Positions 1 through 8,030 of a stretch of 32,000 bases of DNA are shown piece by piece. Made by a program: the position numbers and the translations under genes. How positions within the stretch are numbered: position 1 is the stretch's first letter; each line of letters starts with the position of its first letter. Origin of the DNA: Candidatus Nanopusillus acidilobi (GTDB taxonomy: Archaea > Nanobdellota > Nanobdellia > Nanobdellales > Nanobdellaceae); the NCBI GenBank assembly GCA_001552015.1, contig CP010514.1:1-32000 (forward strand). Direction: 5' to 3'. Below the pieces are notes generated by a model, which saw only the letters and a program-made list of their open reading frames with translations, searched no databases and was not told where the DNA came from.

Positions 1-4
1 GATA

Positions 5-24
5 TTTTATAAAATTTTTTATAA
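5..24 (+). promoter_or_regulatory. Putative orc1/cdc6 promoter: A-rich TATA element TTTTATAAAA (5-14) followed by TTTTTTATAA (15-24), then 11 nt to the ATG. The spacing suggests a leaderless transcript.
   Basis: Read directly from the sequence. The TATA-like element is centred about 26 nt upstream of the ATG at 36. The same two-part architecture recurs at 13931-13950, 22749-22767 and 31595-31616. Confidence 0.4.
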
Positions 25-35
25 TATAGAATATT

Positions 36-1268
36 ATGATAACAAATTCAATAATAGATTATTTTTTATCGGATTTTGAAAGAATATCCAATAAAAATAA
101 AAATCTTATTGTTGATGGAAGATATTTTGAGGAAGATTATATTCCATATGAAATTAAATTTAGAGATAAAGAAAAAGAAATTATATTATCAAATATAAAT
201 TTATTTTTAAATAGAAATACTGGAAGTAACTTATTTTTATATGGAACTACAGGTACTGGAAAAACATTAATAGCTAGATATTTAAATAAGGGTATATCTT
301 TTTATTCAGCAAAAAATAAACTGAAAGTAAAGGTTGCTTATATAAATTGTAAACAGGTATTATCAGATGATGTAGATTATTATATATTTAAGAGAATATA
401 TGAAGAATTAGCAAATATAAATATAAAAAGTGGAGTTAGAAAGAATGATATGTATGAAAATATATATAAATTTATAATTAATAATGATTATAAATTAATA
501 ATAATATTAGATGAGGTAGATAATATATTTAGAAAGTCAGAAAACACAGAAATATTATATCTATTATTAAGAAACTATGATATAAACTTTTTAAATAGGA
601 TAAGACTAATATTAATTTCTAATTCTCCATCTTTTATATCTCAATTAGATCAAAGAATAAAATCTTCTTTTTCTTCAATAATCCAGGTAAGGTTTTCTCC
701 ATATAATTATTATGAATTGAGGGAAATTCTAAAAGATAGAGCAATAAGAGCACTAAAACCAGGTTCTATATCTGAAGAAGATATAAATTATATATCTGCA
801 AAGGTTTCTAAAGAATTTTCTGGAGATGCCAGGATTGCAATAAATGTATTAAGATTAGCAGCAACAATTGCATATAATAAAAATAAAGAAAAAATAGATA
901 GGGAAGATATAGATGAAGCATTTTCTAGTGTTGATTTAAATATATTTGAGTCTATGGTAAGTACTTTAAATAAAACACAAAAACTAATATTATTGGCTTT
1001 AATAAAAGAACAAATAAAAAATGAAGATTTTGTAACATTTAATAATCTATATGAGGAATATGTAAATTTATCTAATAATTTTGGAATATCCATTTTAGAT
1101 AAAACAGTAGTATATAAAAATTTAAAGAAAATAGAAAGTATATTTGGTGAATTGATTGAATCAAAAATAATATCTAATGGAAAAAATGGTGTAAACAAAG
1201 TAATAAAGATAATATCTGATGCTGATAATCTTAAAAAAATATATGAAAAAATAAAAAAAGATATATGA
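36..1268 (+). CDS. cdc6: Orc1/Cdc6 replication initiator (AAA+ ATPase with C-terminal winged helix)
   Basis: 410 aa. Walker A is GTTGTGKT and Walker B is ILDEVD. A sensor-like GDARIAINVLR motif is typical of Orc1/Cdc6. The gene is translationally coupled (ATGA at 1265-1268) to the PolD small subunit. Confidence 0.9.
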   Translation: MITNSIIDYFLSDFERISNKNKNLIVDGRYFEEDYIPYEIKFRDKEKEIILSNINLFLNRNTGSNLFLYGTTGTGKTLIARYLNKGISFYSAKNKLKVKVAYINCKQVLSDDVDYYIFKRIYEELANINIKSGVRKNDMYENIYKFIINNDYKLIIILDEVDNIFRKSENTEILYLLLRNYDINFLNRIRLILISNSPSFISQLDQRIKSSFSSIIQVRFSPYNYYELREILKDRAIRALKPGSISEEDINYISAKVSKEFSGDARIAINVLRLAATIAYNKNKEKIDREDIDEAFSSVDLNIFESMVSTLNKTQKLILLALIKEQIKNEDFVTFNNLYEEYVNLSNNFGISILDKTVVYKNLKKIESIFGELIESKIISNGKNGVNKVIKIISDADNLKKIYEKIKKDI

Positions 1269-2917
1269 ATAAGGATGATTTAATAAAATTATTATGGGAA
1301 AATAATATATTTATTGAAAAAAAGGCTTATGATCTTTTAAGCTCTTTAAAAGAGGAGGATTTTGATATTATATTTAAAGAAGCAATTAAAAGTAATATAA
1401 ATAGGATAGATGAAGATTTTATTAATAGAATAATTGGAAAAAATTCTAATAATAATAAAGAAAATGTTGAAAAGAAGGAAAATAATATAAATAAAAAACA
1501 AAATAAGGTAAATATTAAAGATTTTTTTAATATAAAGGAAAACAAACAAAATGTAGAAAAAGAAAGTAATAATGTAATTCTTATAGAAAGTACAAAGAAA
1601 CATATTGGAGAAGAAATTGAATTATCAGTAAAGGAAATGAAGGAAACAAAAGAAATAAATATTCTAAAAAAGTTTGAAATACAAAAGAATAAGCCTGATA
1701 TAATATCATGGATATCATATTATAAGCAAAGATTAGATAAGATAAAGAAAATATTGAGGGAGCATTCTGAAATGAGAGGAATATATCCATTAAATAAGAT
1801 ACCTGAAAATGAGGAAGTTGCAATTGTTGGATTAATATATGATAAAAAAATAACCGAAAAAGGGATAATTTTTGTTATAGAAGATGGAAATAATATTATA
1901 AAAGCTTTTGTAAATAAAGATAATGAAAATATAGATTTTAAAGTAGTTAAAGATATACCATTAGATTCTGTTATTGGTTTAGTTGGTACATATAAAAATA
2001 GAATGTTTTTTGTAAATAATGTAATATTACCTGATGTACCTATAAGAAAACCAAAAACTTTTGGAGAAGATGATGTATATATATTATTTACAGGTGATTG
2101 GCAGATTGGAAATAAATATACATTTTATGATCTATTTGACAGGTTTTTAAAGTTTTTAAATGGAAAAACAGAAAATGAAAAAATAAATGAAATTGCAAGA
2201 AAAATTGGCTATATTATAATTATAGGTGATGTTGCAGATGGTGTAGGTGTTTATCCAGAACAAAAAGAAGAACTAATTTTAAAAACATATGAGGATCAAT
2301 ATAAGAGTTTTGAAGATTATATTTTAAAAATACCTGAAAGTATAAAGACAATTATTATACCAGGAAACCACGATATTCCAAGATTGGCGGAACCTCAACC
2401 AGAATTACCAAGGTCATTATTAAAAGAATCATATTCAATGAAAAATATATATTATTTATCAAATCCATCATATGTAAAAATACATAATTCAATTGTTGGA
2501 TTATTATATCATGGATATGTTCTAGATTGGTTAGTATCGAATATTTCTTTTTTAAGGGAAAGGGGAGGATATGAAAAACCTGGAGAATTAATGAAGTTTA
2601 TGTTAATGTTAAGGTTAATATTCACTTCTCATGGATCGAATCCATATGTTCCATATATAAATGAAGATGCTTCTGTAATAGAAATTGTACCAGATTTCTT
2701 TCATACAGGTCATATACATAGAGCATCTTATGATGAATATAGGGGAATAGATTTAATTAATTCATCTACTTTTCAAGATGTAACCCCATTTCAGAGAGAA
2801 TTGGGTCATAAACCAGAACCAGGTATTTTGTTTTTAAGAAATATAAAGAATGGAGAAGTTTTTGGCATCAATTTATTTAATTTTGAAATAAGGAAGTTAA
2901 GAGATAAAGTTATATAA
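1265..2917 (+). CDS. dp1: DNA polymerase D (Pol II) small subunit DP1, calcineurin-like phosphoesterase/exonuclease
   Basis: 550 aa. Metallophosphoesterase motifs are GDWQIG, GDVADG, GNHD and HTGHIH. There is an OB-like middle region. A long K/N/E-rich low-complexity insert lies near residues 55-130. Confidence 0.85.
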   Translation: MNKDDLIKLLWENNIFIEKKAYDLLSSLKEEDFDIIFKEAIKSNINRIDEDFINRIIGKNSNNNKENVEKKENNINKKQNKVNIKDFFNIKENKQNVEKESNNVILIESTKKHIGEEIELSVKEMKETKEINILKKFEIQKNKPDIISWISYYKQRLDKIKKILREHSEMRGIYPLNKIPENEEVAIVGLIYDKKITEKGIIFVIEDGNNIIKAFVNKDNENIDFKVVKDIPLDSVIGLVGTYKNRMFFVNNVILPDVPIRKPKTFGEDDVYILFTGDWQIGNKYTFYDLFDRFLKFLNGKTENEKINEIARKIGYIIIIGDVADGVGVYPEQKEELILKTYEDQYKSFEDYILKIPESIKTIIIPGNHDIPRLAEPQPELPRSLLKESYSMKNIYYLSNPSYVKIHNSIVGLLYHGYVLDWLVSNISFLRERGGYEKPGELMKFMLMLRLIFTSHGSNPYVPYINEDASVIEIVPDFFHTGHIHRASYDEYRGIDLINSSTFQDVTPFQRELGHKPEPGILFLRNIKNGEVFGINLFNFEIRKLRDKVI

Positions 2918-2940
2918 GATATTTATATAATATAATAGGA

Positions 2941-3222
2941 ATGAAAATAAATAAGGAAAGTGAAACTGAAATGGAAATAATATTTGAAAATGATAAGGCA
3001 ACAATATCTATGCTATTAAAGGAAGAATTAGATAAAGATCCAAATGTAATAATTGCAGCTTGGAAGGAAAATCACCCATTAATAAAGGATATTTATTTAT
3101 ATATAAAAACTGATGGAAAGAAAAAACCAAGAGAAGTACTAATAGATGCAATAAAGAGGGCCTTAGATAGGTTAAATGATTTTGAGGAAGAATATAATAA
3201 AATAATTGATGAAATTAAATAA
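2941..3222 (+). CDS. rpoL: DNA-directed RNA polymerase subunit L (Rpo11)
   Basis: 93 aa. The pattern LLKEEL-KDPNV--A-W--NHPL---IYLYIKTDG-KKP-EVL-DAIKR matches my recall of the archaeal RpoL/Rpo11 core. The size is right. Confidence 0.7.
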   Translation: MKINKESETEMEIIFENDKATISMLLKEELDKDPNVIIAAWKENHPLIKDIYLYIKTDGKKKPREVLIDAIKRALDRLNDFEEEYNKIIDEIK

Positions 3223-5011
3223 AATAACATTAGATACATCTGTAGTAATTGATGAATATATATCAAAATCATTATTAAATAATAGTATTTCTTTTAACGA
3301 AGTAATAATACCTGTACCTGTAATTGATGAATTACAAGCGCAAGCAAATAAAGGTCTTGAAAAGGGACTTGTTGGTTTAAAGGAATTGCAAAAAATTAGG
3401 GAATTATCTGAAAAGTATAATTATAAAGTAACAGTATTGGGCGAAAAACCGACATTAGAACAAATAAGACTGGCAAAGCATGGATATATAGATTATTTAA
3501 TTATTAAAATTGCAAGAGATACAGGATCTACATTATTAACATCAGATAGAATATTATATGAGACTGCAAAAGTATATAATGTTGATTGTTTATTTATTGA
3601 AAAGGAAGGTGTTTCAACAGAAAATCCCCCATTTTTAGATTTATTTACTGATGATACAATATCTGTTCACATTATTGAAAATACAAAGGTAAAAAGAAAA
3701 AGGGGAAAACCTGGTGAGTGGTATTTAGAAGAAATAGATAAAATATATGGAAATAAGGATATAGAAGATCTAATTGATAAAATAATATATATTGCTAGAA
3801 ATAGGAGGGATTCTTTTATAGAACAAGAAAGAAAGAATAGTTTAATTATTCAATTGGGAATTTTTAGAATTGTAATTGTAAAACCACCATTATCAGATTC
3901 ATATGAAATAACAATTGTAAAGCCATCAAAAATATTAAGAATAGAAGATTATAATTTAAATGAAAAAATAATTGAAAGACTAAAAGAAAAATCTGAAGGA
4001 ATTATAATTGTTGGAAAACCAGGTTCTGGAAAGACAACTTTTGCTCAGGCTCTTGCAGAATATTATTTAAGTATGAAAAAGATTGTTAAAACCATAGAAT
4101 CTCCAAGAGATTTGATATTGTCTCCAGATATTGTTCAATATTCAAAAAATTATTCTACTGATGAAGAAATACATAACATATTATTATTATCAAGACCTGA
4201 TTATGTAATATTTGATGAAATGAGAGATACTAGAGACTTTAAATTATATATAGATTTAAGATTGGCAGGAATTGGAATGATAGGTGTTGCTCATGCTGAA
4301 AGACCAATAGATATTGTTCATAGATTATTATCAAGGACAGAACTTGGTTTAATTCCTCAAATAATTGATACAATAATATATATAAATAGAGGACAGGTTG
4401 AGAAAGTATATTATCTAAATTTAACTGTTAAAATTCCACATGGTTTAAAAGAAGAAGATTTAGCAAGACCAGTTGTTGAGGTAAGAGATTTTCTAACAAA
4501 TGAATTAGAATATGAAATATATACATTTGGAGAGGAAATAATGATTGTTCCAATTAAAAAATATAGATTAAAATCTGGAATTCAAAGATTTTTAGAAGAT
4601 TTATTAAATATGGATTATAGAAGAAGATATAATAATATTTATTTGGAAGTTTTAGATGATAGAATAATATTTTATATTCCAAGAGAACTTAAGAGAAAAT
4701 TTATTAGAAATGAGAAAAGATATTTGATGAGTATAAGAGACAAATATAATTTAAGAATTGAAATAAAAAATGCTGAAAAGCTAAATGAAAGCATAAATTT
4801 TGATTATGAAATATCGAAGGATTATCTTACAATAATGTTTAGCAATTTATTTAAGAAAAAGGAAGTAGAATTATACATAAATGAAAATTTAATTGGAAAA
4901 TTTAAGATAAATAAAAAGGGAAAAATTATTTTAGATCTAAATTCGGAAATAGGGCAGAAAATATTAGAAGCCATAAATAATAAAAGTAAGATAGAATTTA
5001 AATTAGTATGA
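3209..5011 (+). CDS. PIN-domain / PilT-like ATPase / KH-domain protein (COG1855-type archaeal ATPase)
   Basis: N-terminal PIN-like region (LDTSVVIDE ... TSD). Walker A is GKPGSGKTT and Walker B-like is VIFDEMRD. The ORF track begins at a TTG (3206). The ATG at 3209 is the more likely start and overlaps rpoL by 14 nt. Confidence 0.75.
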   Translation: MKLNKITLDTSVVIDEYISKSLLNNSISFNEVIIPVPVIDELQAQANKGLEKGLVGLKELQKIRELSEKYNYKVTVLGEKPTLEQIRLAKHGYIDYLIIKIARDTGSTLLTSDRILYETAKVYNVDCLFIEKEGVSTENPPFLDLFTDDTISVHIIENTKVKRKRGKPGEWYLEEIDKIYGNKDIEDLIDKIIYIARNRRDSFIEQERKNSLIIQLGIFRIVIVKPPLSDSYEITIVKPSKILRIEDYNLNEKIIERLKEKSEGIIIVGKPGSGKTTFAQALAEYYLSMKKIVKTIESPRDLILSPDIVQYSKNYSTDEEIHNILLLSRPDYVIFDEMRDTRDFKLYIDLRLAGIGMIGVAHAERPIDIVHRLLSRTELGLIPQIIDTIIYINRGQVEKVYYLNLTVKIPHGLKEEDLARPVVEVRDFLTNELEYEIYTFGEEIMIVPIKKYRLKSGIQRFLEDLLNMDYRRRYNNIYLEVLDDRIIFYIPRELKRKFIRNEKRYLMSIRDKYNLRIEIKNAEKLNESINFDYEISKDYLTIMFSNLFKKKEVELYINENLIGKFKINKKGKIILDLNSEIGQKILEAINNKSKIEFKLV

Positions 5012-6765
5012 AAAGAATTGCTGTAATTGATAGGGATAGGTGTAAAGCTCCTGAAAAATGTGATTATTTATGTATGAAAGTATGTCCTGTTCAAAAGAAT
5101 AATTTAAAAATATTTAATATTTTACAAGATAAAAAACCATCTATTGATGAATCTTTATGTATTGGATGTGGAATATGTGTAAAGAAATGTCCATTTAATG
5201 CAATAATAATTATAAACTTAACAAGGGAACCTGAAGCAAAACCTGTATTTCAATATGGTCCAAATACATTTAGATTATATAGATTACCAATAATTAAGGA
5301 AGGAAAAGTTGTTGGGATAATTGGAAGGAATGGAATGGGTAAAAGTACAGCAATAAATATAATAGCTGGTTTATTAAAACCAAATTTTGGTGATTTTAAT
5401 AAAAAATATGATGATAAAGAAATTATAAGAGAATTTAGGGGTTCTGAACTTCAATTATATTTTGAAAAATTATATAATAATAAAATAATAATCTCATATA
5501 AACCACAGAATATTACACAAATAAAAAATATGCTAAAAGATAAAACGGTTAGGGAATTTTTATCAAAAGTTATAAATAATTTAGATGAAGTATCAAAAAA
5601 ATTTGAAATAGAAAATATATTAGATAGAAAAATTGGAGATTTATCTGGAGGAGAATTTCAGAAAGTATTATATATATATTCTGTATATAAGGAACATAAT
5701 TTATTATTAATTGATGAGGTTACAAATTACTTAGATATATATGAAAGATTGAGAATATTAAATAATTTAAATGAAATAAAGGAAAAAGATACAATATTGA
5801 TAATAGATCATGATTTATTATTTTTAGATTCAATTTCTGATATAATACATATTGTTTATGGAGTACAAAAGGCATATGGTGCTTTTTCATATCCTGTTGG
5901 ATCAAAGGAAGGTATAAATCAATATTTAAATGGATTTATAAAGAGAGAAAATTTAAAAATAAGGGATAAACCGATAAGATTGGATGTAAAAAGTTATACT
6001 GATGTAAAACTTGGAAAAAAGATTGTTGAATGGGGAAATATTATAGTAAATTTAGATAATTTTAGGCTTGAAGCAAATCCTGGATATATAAGGGAAAATG
6101 AAATAATAGGAGTAATTGGAAGAAATGGGATTGGAAAAAGTACTTTTGTAAAAACTTTAGCTGGAGAAATAAAATATGAAGGAAATATATCAAAAAATTT
6201 AACAATATCATATAAACCTCAATTTTATGATTTATCGAATTATAATATAACTGTAGATCAATTTTTGAAGAGTTTTAATGAAAAATATAAAGAAGAATAT
6301 AAAGAATATTTATCAATTTTAAATATTTCTGATCTATTAGATAGAGAAGTTAATACATTATCTGGAGGAGAATTACAGACAGTATATACTTTTGGTACAT
6401 TAATAAAAGATGCAGATTTATATTTAATAGATGAACCATTTGCAAATTTAGATATAGAACAAAGATTGGTTTTATCAAAATTTATAAGGGATATAATAAA
6501 AATTAGAGGGAAAGCTTGTTTAATTGTAGATCATGATTTAATATTCTTGAATTGGGTTTCTGATAGAATTTTGGTATTTGCAGGAGAACCTGGTAAATAT
6601 GGAAAAGCTCTTGGTATATATGAAAATAAGGAGGGATTAAATATATTTCTAAAACAATTAGATATAACAATGAGAACTGATGAGGAAACAAAAAGACCAA
6701 GAATTAATAAACAAAATAGTAGATTAGACCTTATACAAAAACAAAAAGGAATATATTACGAATAA
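5008..6765 (+). CDS. abce1: ABCE1 / RNase L inhibitor (ribosome recycling ATPase)
   Basis: 585 aa. The N-terminal Fe-S domain has CIGCGICVKKCP plus upstream Cys residues. There are two ABC cassettes: GRNGMGKST/LSGGE and GRNGIGKST/LSGGELQ. ATGA overlap with the upstream gene. Confidence 0.92.
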   Translation: MKRIAVIDRDRCKAPEKCDYLCMKVCPVQKNNLKIFNILQDKKPSIDESLCIGCGICVKKCPFNAIIIINLTREPEAKPVFQYGPNTFRLYRLPIIKEGKVVGIIGRNGMGKSTAINIIAGLLKPNFGDFNKKYDDKEIIREFRGSELQLYFEKLYNNKIIISYKPQNITQIKNMLKDKTVREFLSKVINNLDEVSKKFEIENILDRKIGDLSGGEFQKVLYIYSVYKEHNLLLIDEVTNYLDIYERLRILNNLNEIKEKDTILIIDHDLLFLDSISDIIHIVYGVQKAYGAFSYPVGSKEGINQYLNGFIKRENLKIRDKPIRLDVKSYTDVKLGKKIVEWGNIIVNLDNFRLEANPGYIRENEIIGVIGRNGIGKSTFVKTLAGEIKYEGNISKNLTISYKPQFYDLSNYNITVDQFLKSFNEKYKEEYKEYLSILNISDLLDREVNTLSGGELQTVYTFGTLIKDADLYLIDEPFANLDIEQRLVLSKFIRDIIKIRGKACLIVDHDLIFLNWVSDRILVFAGEPGKYGKALGIYENKEGLNIFLKQLDITMRTDEETKRPRINKQNSRLDLIQKQKGIYYE

Positions 6766-6766
6766 C

Positions 6767-6922
6767 CTATTCTGACTTAACAAATACGTATACCGTTCCT
6801 CCGCAATATGGACAGGTTCCCTTTATTGCTGTTCTTCCGTTTTTCAATGTAATCTTTTGTGGATTTTGTACTGGTACTTTTTTCTTACATCTGACGCAAT
6901 ATGCCATATATTGTTCTGCCAT
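6767..6922 (-). CDS. Small CxxC...CxxC zinc-ribbon protein (51 aa), too short for the ORF track
   Basis: My own translation is MAEQYMAYCVRCKKKVPVQNPQKITLKNGRTAIKGTCPYCGGTVYVFVKSE. It has two CxxC pairs. G+C is locally elevated relative to the flanks. From memory it resembles the small KNGR...KG.CP.CG zinc-ribbon family (I believe DUF5679). An alternative start is the second Met at 6907. Confidence 0.6.
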   Translation of the reverse strand: MAEQYMAYCVRCKKKVPVQNPQKITLKNGRTAIKGTCPYCGGTVYVFVKSE

Positions 6923-7015
6923 TAATAATCTTTACTGAAAAAATTTATATATTTATTGGGTAAATATATCAATTTTAAAAAAAGAAATTTTATAAAAAAT
7001 AAAAGGAAAAATTAT

Positions 7016-8026
7016 TTATTTGTTCTCTAAATATTTATCATCTATATTAATAATTAAATGTTTATTGTCCTTTTTAATATCTATATTAATATTAATTTCT
7101 CTAAATTTTTCTATTATATTATTTATGTCATAGTCTTTAAATATCCATGAATATATATTTAAAAATTCACCAATTTTCTCTAATTTATTAATTTCTTTAT
7201 TAATATCTTCTAAATACTTTTTTTGCTCTTCTATTATTTTTTTTATCTTTTCTTTTTCTTCATTTAATTTCTTTATTCTTTTATTTTCTCTGCTATTTAA
7301 ATAAAGATTTATGAAATATTTGTTAATATCTTCAATAATATTCCCATTTTCATCTATTATAACTTTTAAGTTTATTATATCATTATAAATGCTATATATT
7401 TTTTCTATTTCTTCTTTATTTAATTCTTTTGGGCTTTTATTTTTATCAATATTTAATTTTTTTAATATATATTCAGCATATTTTCCTCCTAATGATAAAT
7501 CTATTGCTAAAAATCTTACAACATCTTTTTTATTTGTATTATTTATTTTTTCAAAAAATTCATTTATATTATTTATAATGTTTACGGAACCTGGTGGTTT
7601 TGTATATTTTTCATTTCTAAATATTTTTCTTACTCCAAAGTTTTTATATTGATTTGCATATAGAATTGTATCATTATAATCTGTTATAATTAATAATCCA
7701 TTTGGAAATAATTCTACATATATCTTTTTTTCATTATTTTTTATTATAATAATTTTATCATTGTTATCAATTTCAATATTTATTCTTGTCTCATTAAAAT
7801 CCTTCCTTAATTTTAATATAAAATTATTTGTTTCTTCTCTTTCTTTAACATTATATAAAAAAATAATTTTTCCTGGAATTATATATAAAAATTTATTTTC
7901 CAAACCTGGTTTATATAATTCAAAAACAACTCCATCTTCAATATTATATATATTTTTTACTATAGAATTATTTATTTTTTCAGCATTCTCATTATACCAT
8001 TTCTTTAATTCAAAATAATTTATCAT
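7016..8026 (-). CDS. NFACT-N domain protein (Rqc2/NEMF/FbpA-like, N-terminal half only) with a coiled-coil tail
   Basis: 336 aa. The N-terminal roughly 150 aa (I-NIY--EDGVVFELYKPG ... LYIIPGK ... VELFPNGLLIITD) recalls the NFACT-N fold of ribosome quality-control factors. The C-terminal K/E-rich region looks like coiled coil. No NFACT-R region is visible. Confidence 0.5.
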   Translation of the reverse strand: MINYFELKKWYNENAEKINNSIVKNIYNIEDGVVFELYKPGLENKFLYIIPGKIIFLYNVKEREETNNFILKLRKDFNETRINIEIDNNDKIIIIKNNEKKIYVELFPNGLLIITDYNDTILYANQYKNFGVRKIFRNEKYTKPPGSVNIINNINEFFEKINNTNKKDVVRFLAIDLSLGGKYAEYILKKLNIDKNKSPKELNKEEIEKIYSIYNDIINLKVIIDENGNIIEDINKYFINLYLNSRENKRIKKLNEEKEKIKKIIEEQKKYLEDINKEINKLEKIGEFLNIYSWIFKDYDINNIIEKFREININIDIKKDNKHLIINIDDKYLENK

Positions 8027-8030
8027 TATA

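Noticed and set aside
1440-1600. K/N/E-rich repetitive coding stretches (dp1 linker at about 1440-1600, and the OB/winged-helix linker at about 28800-28960) considered as possible tandem repeats or mobile remnants.
   Set aside because: They are in-frame low-complexity linkers driven by AAA/AAT/GAA codon runs in an AT-rich genome. They have no defined repeat unit or boundaries.
788-1603. Antisense ORFs from the ORF track nested inside orc1/cdc6 and dp1 (788-1198, 1327-1545, 1346-1603; also 1581-1823).
   Set aside because: They are F/L/I/S/Y-rich low-complexity translations of the antisense strand of AT-rich genes. Each lies entirely within a sense-strand gene that has clear catalytic motifs. 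None has a motif or promoter context.
3206-3208. TTG start used by the ORF track for the PIN-ATPase gene.
   Set aside because: An ATG follows immediately at 3209. I moved the start there, and the change has no functional consequence.
5720-8018. Antisense or nested ORFs at 5720-5905, 6503-6700, 7389-7652 and 7761-8018.
   Set aside because: The reasoning is the same. They are short hydrophobic or low-complexity products opposite ABCE1 and the NFACT gene, as expected by chance when stop codons are rare on the antisense strand of K/N/I-rich genes.
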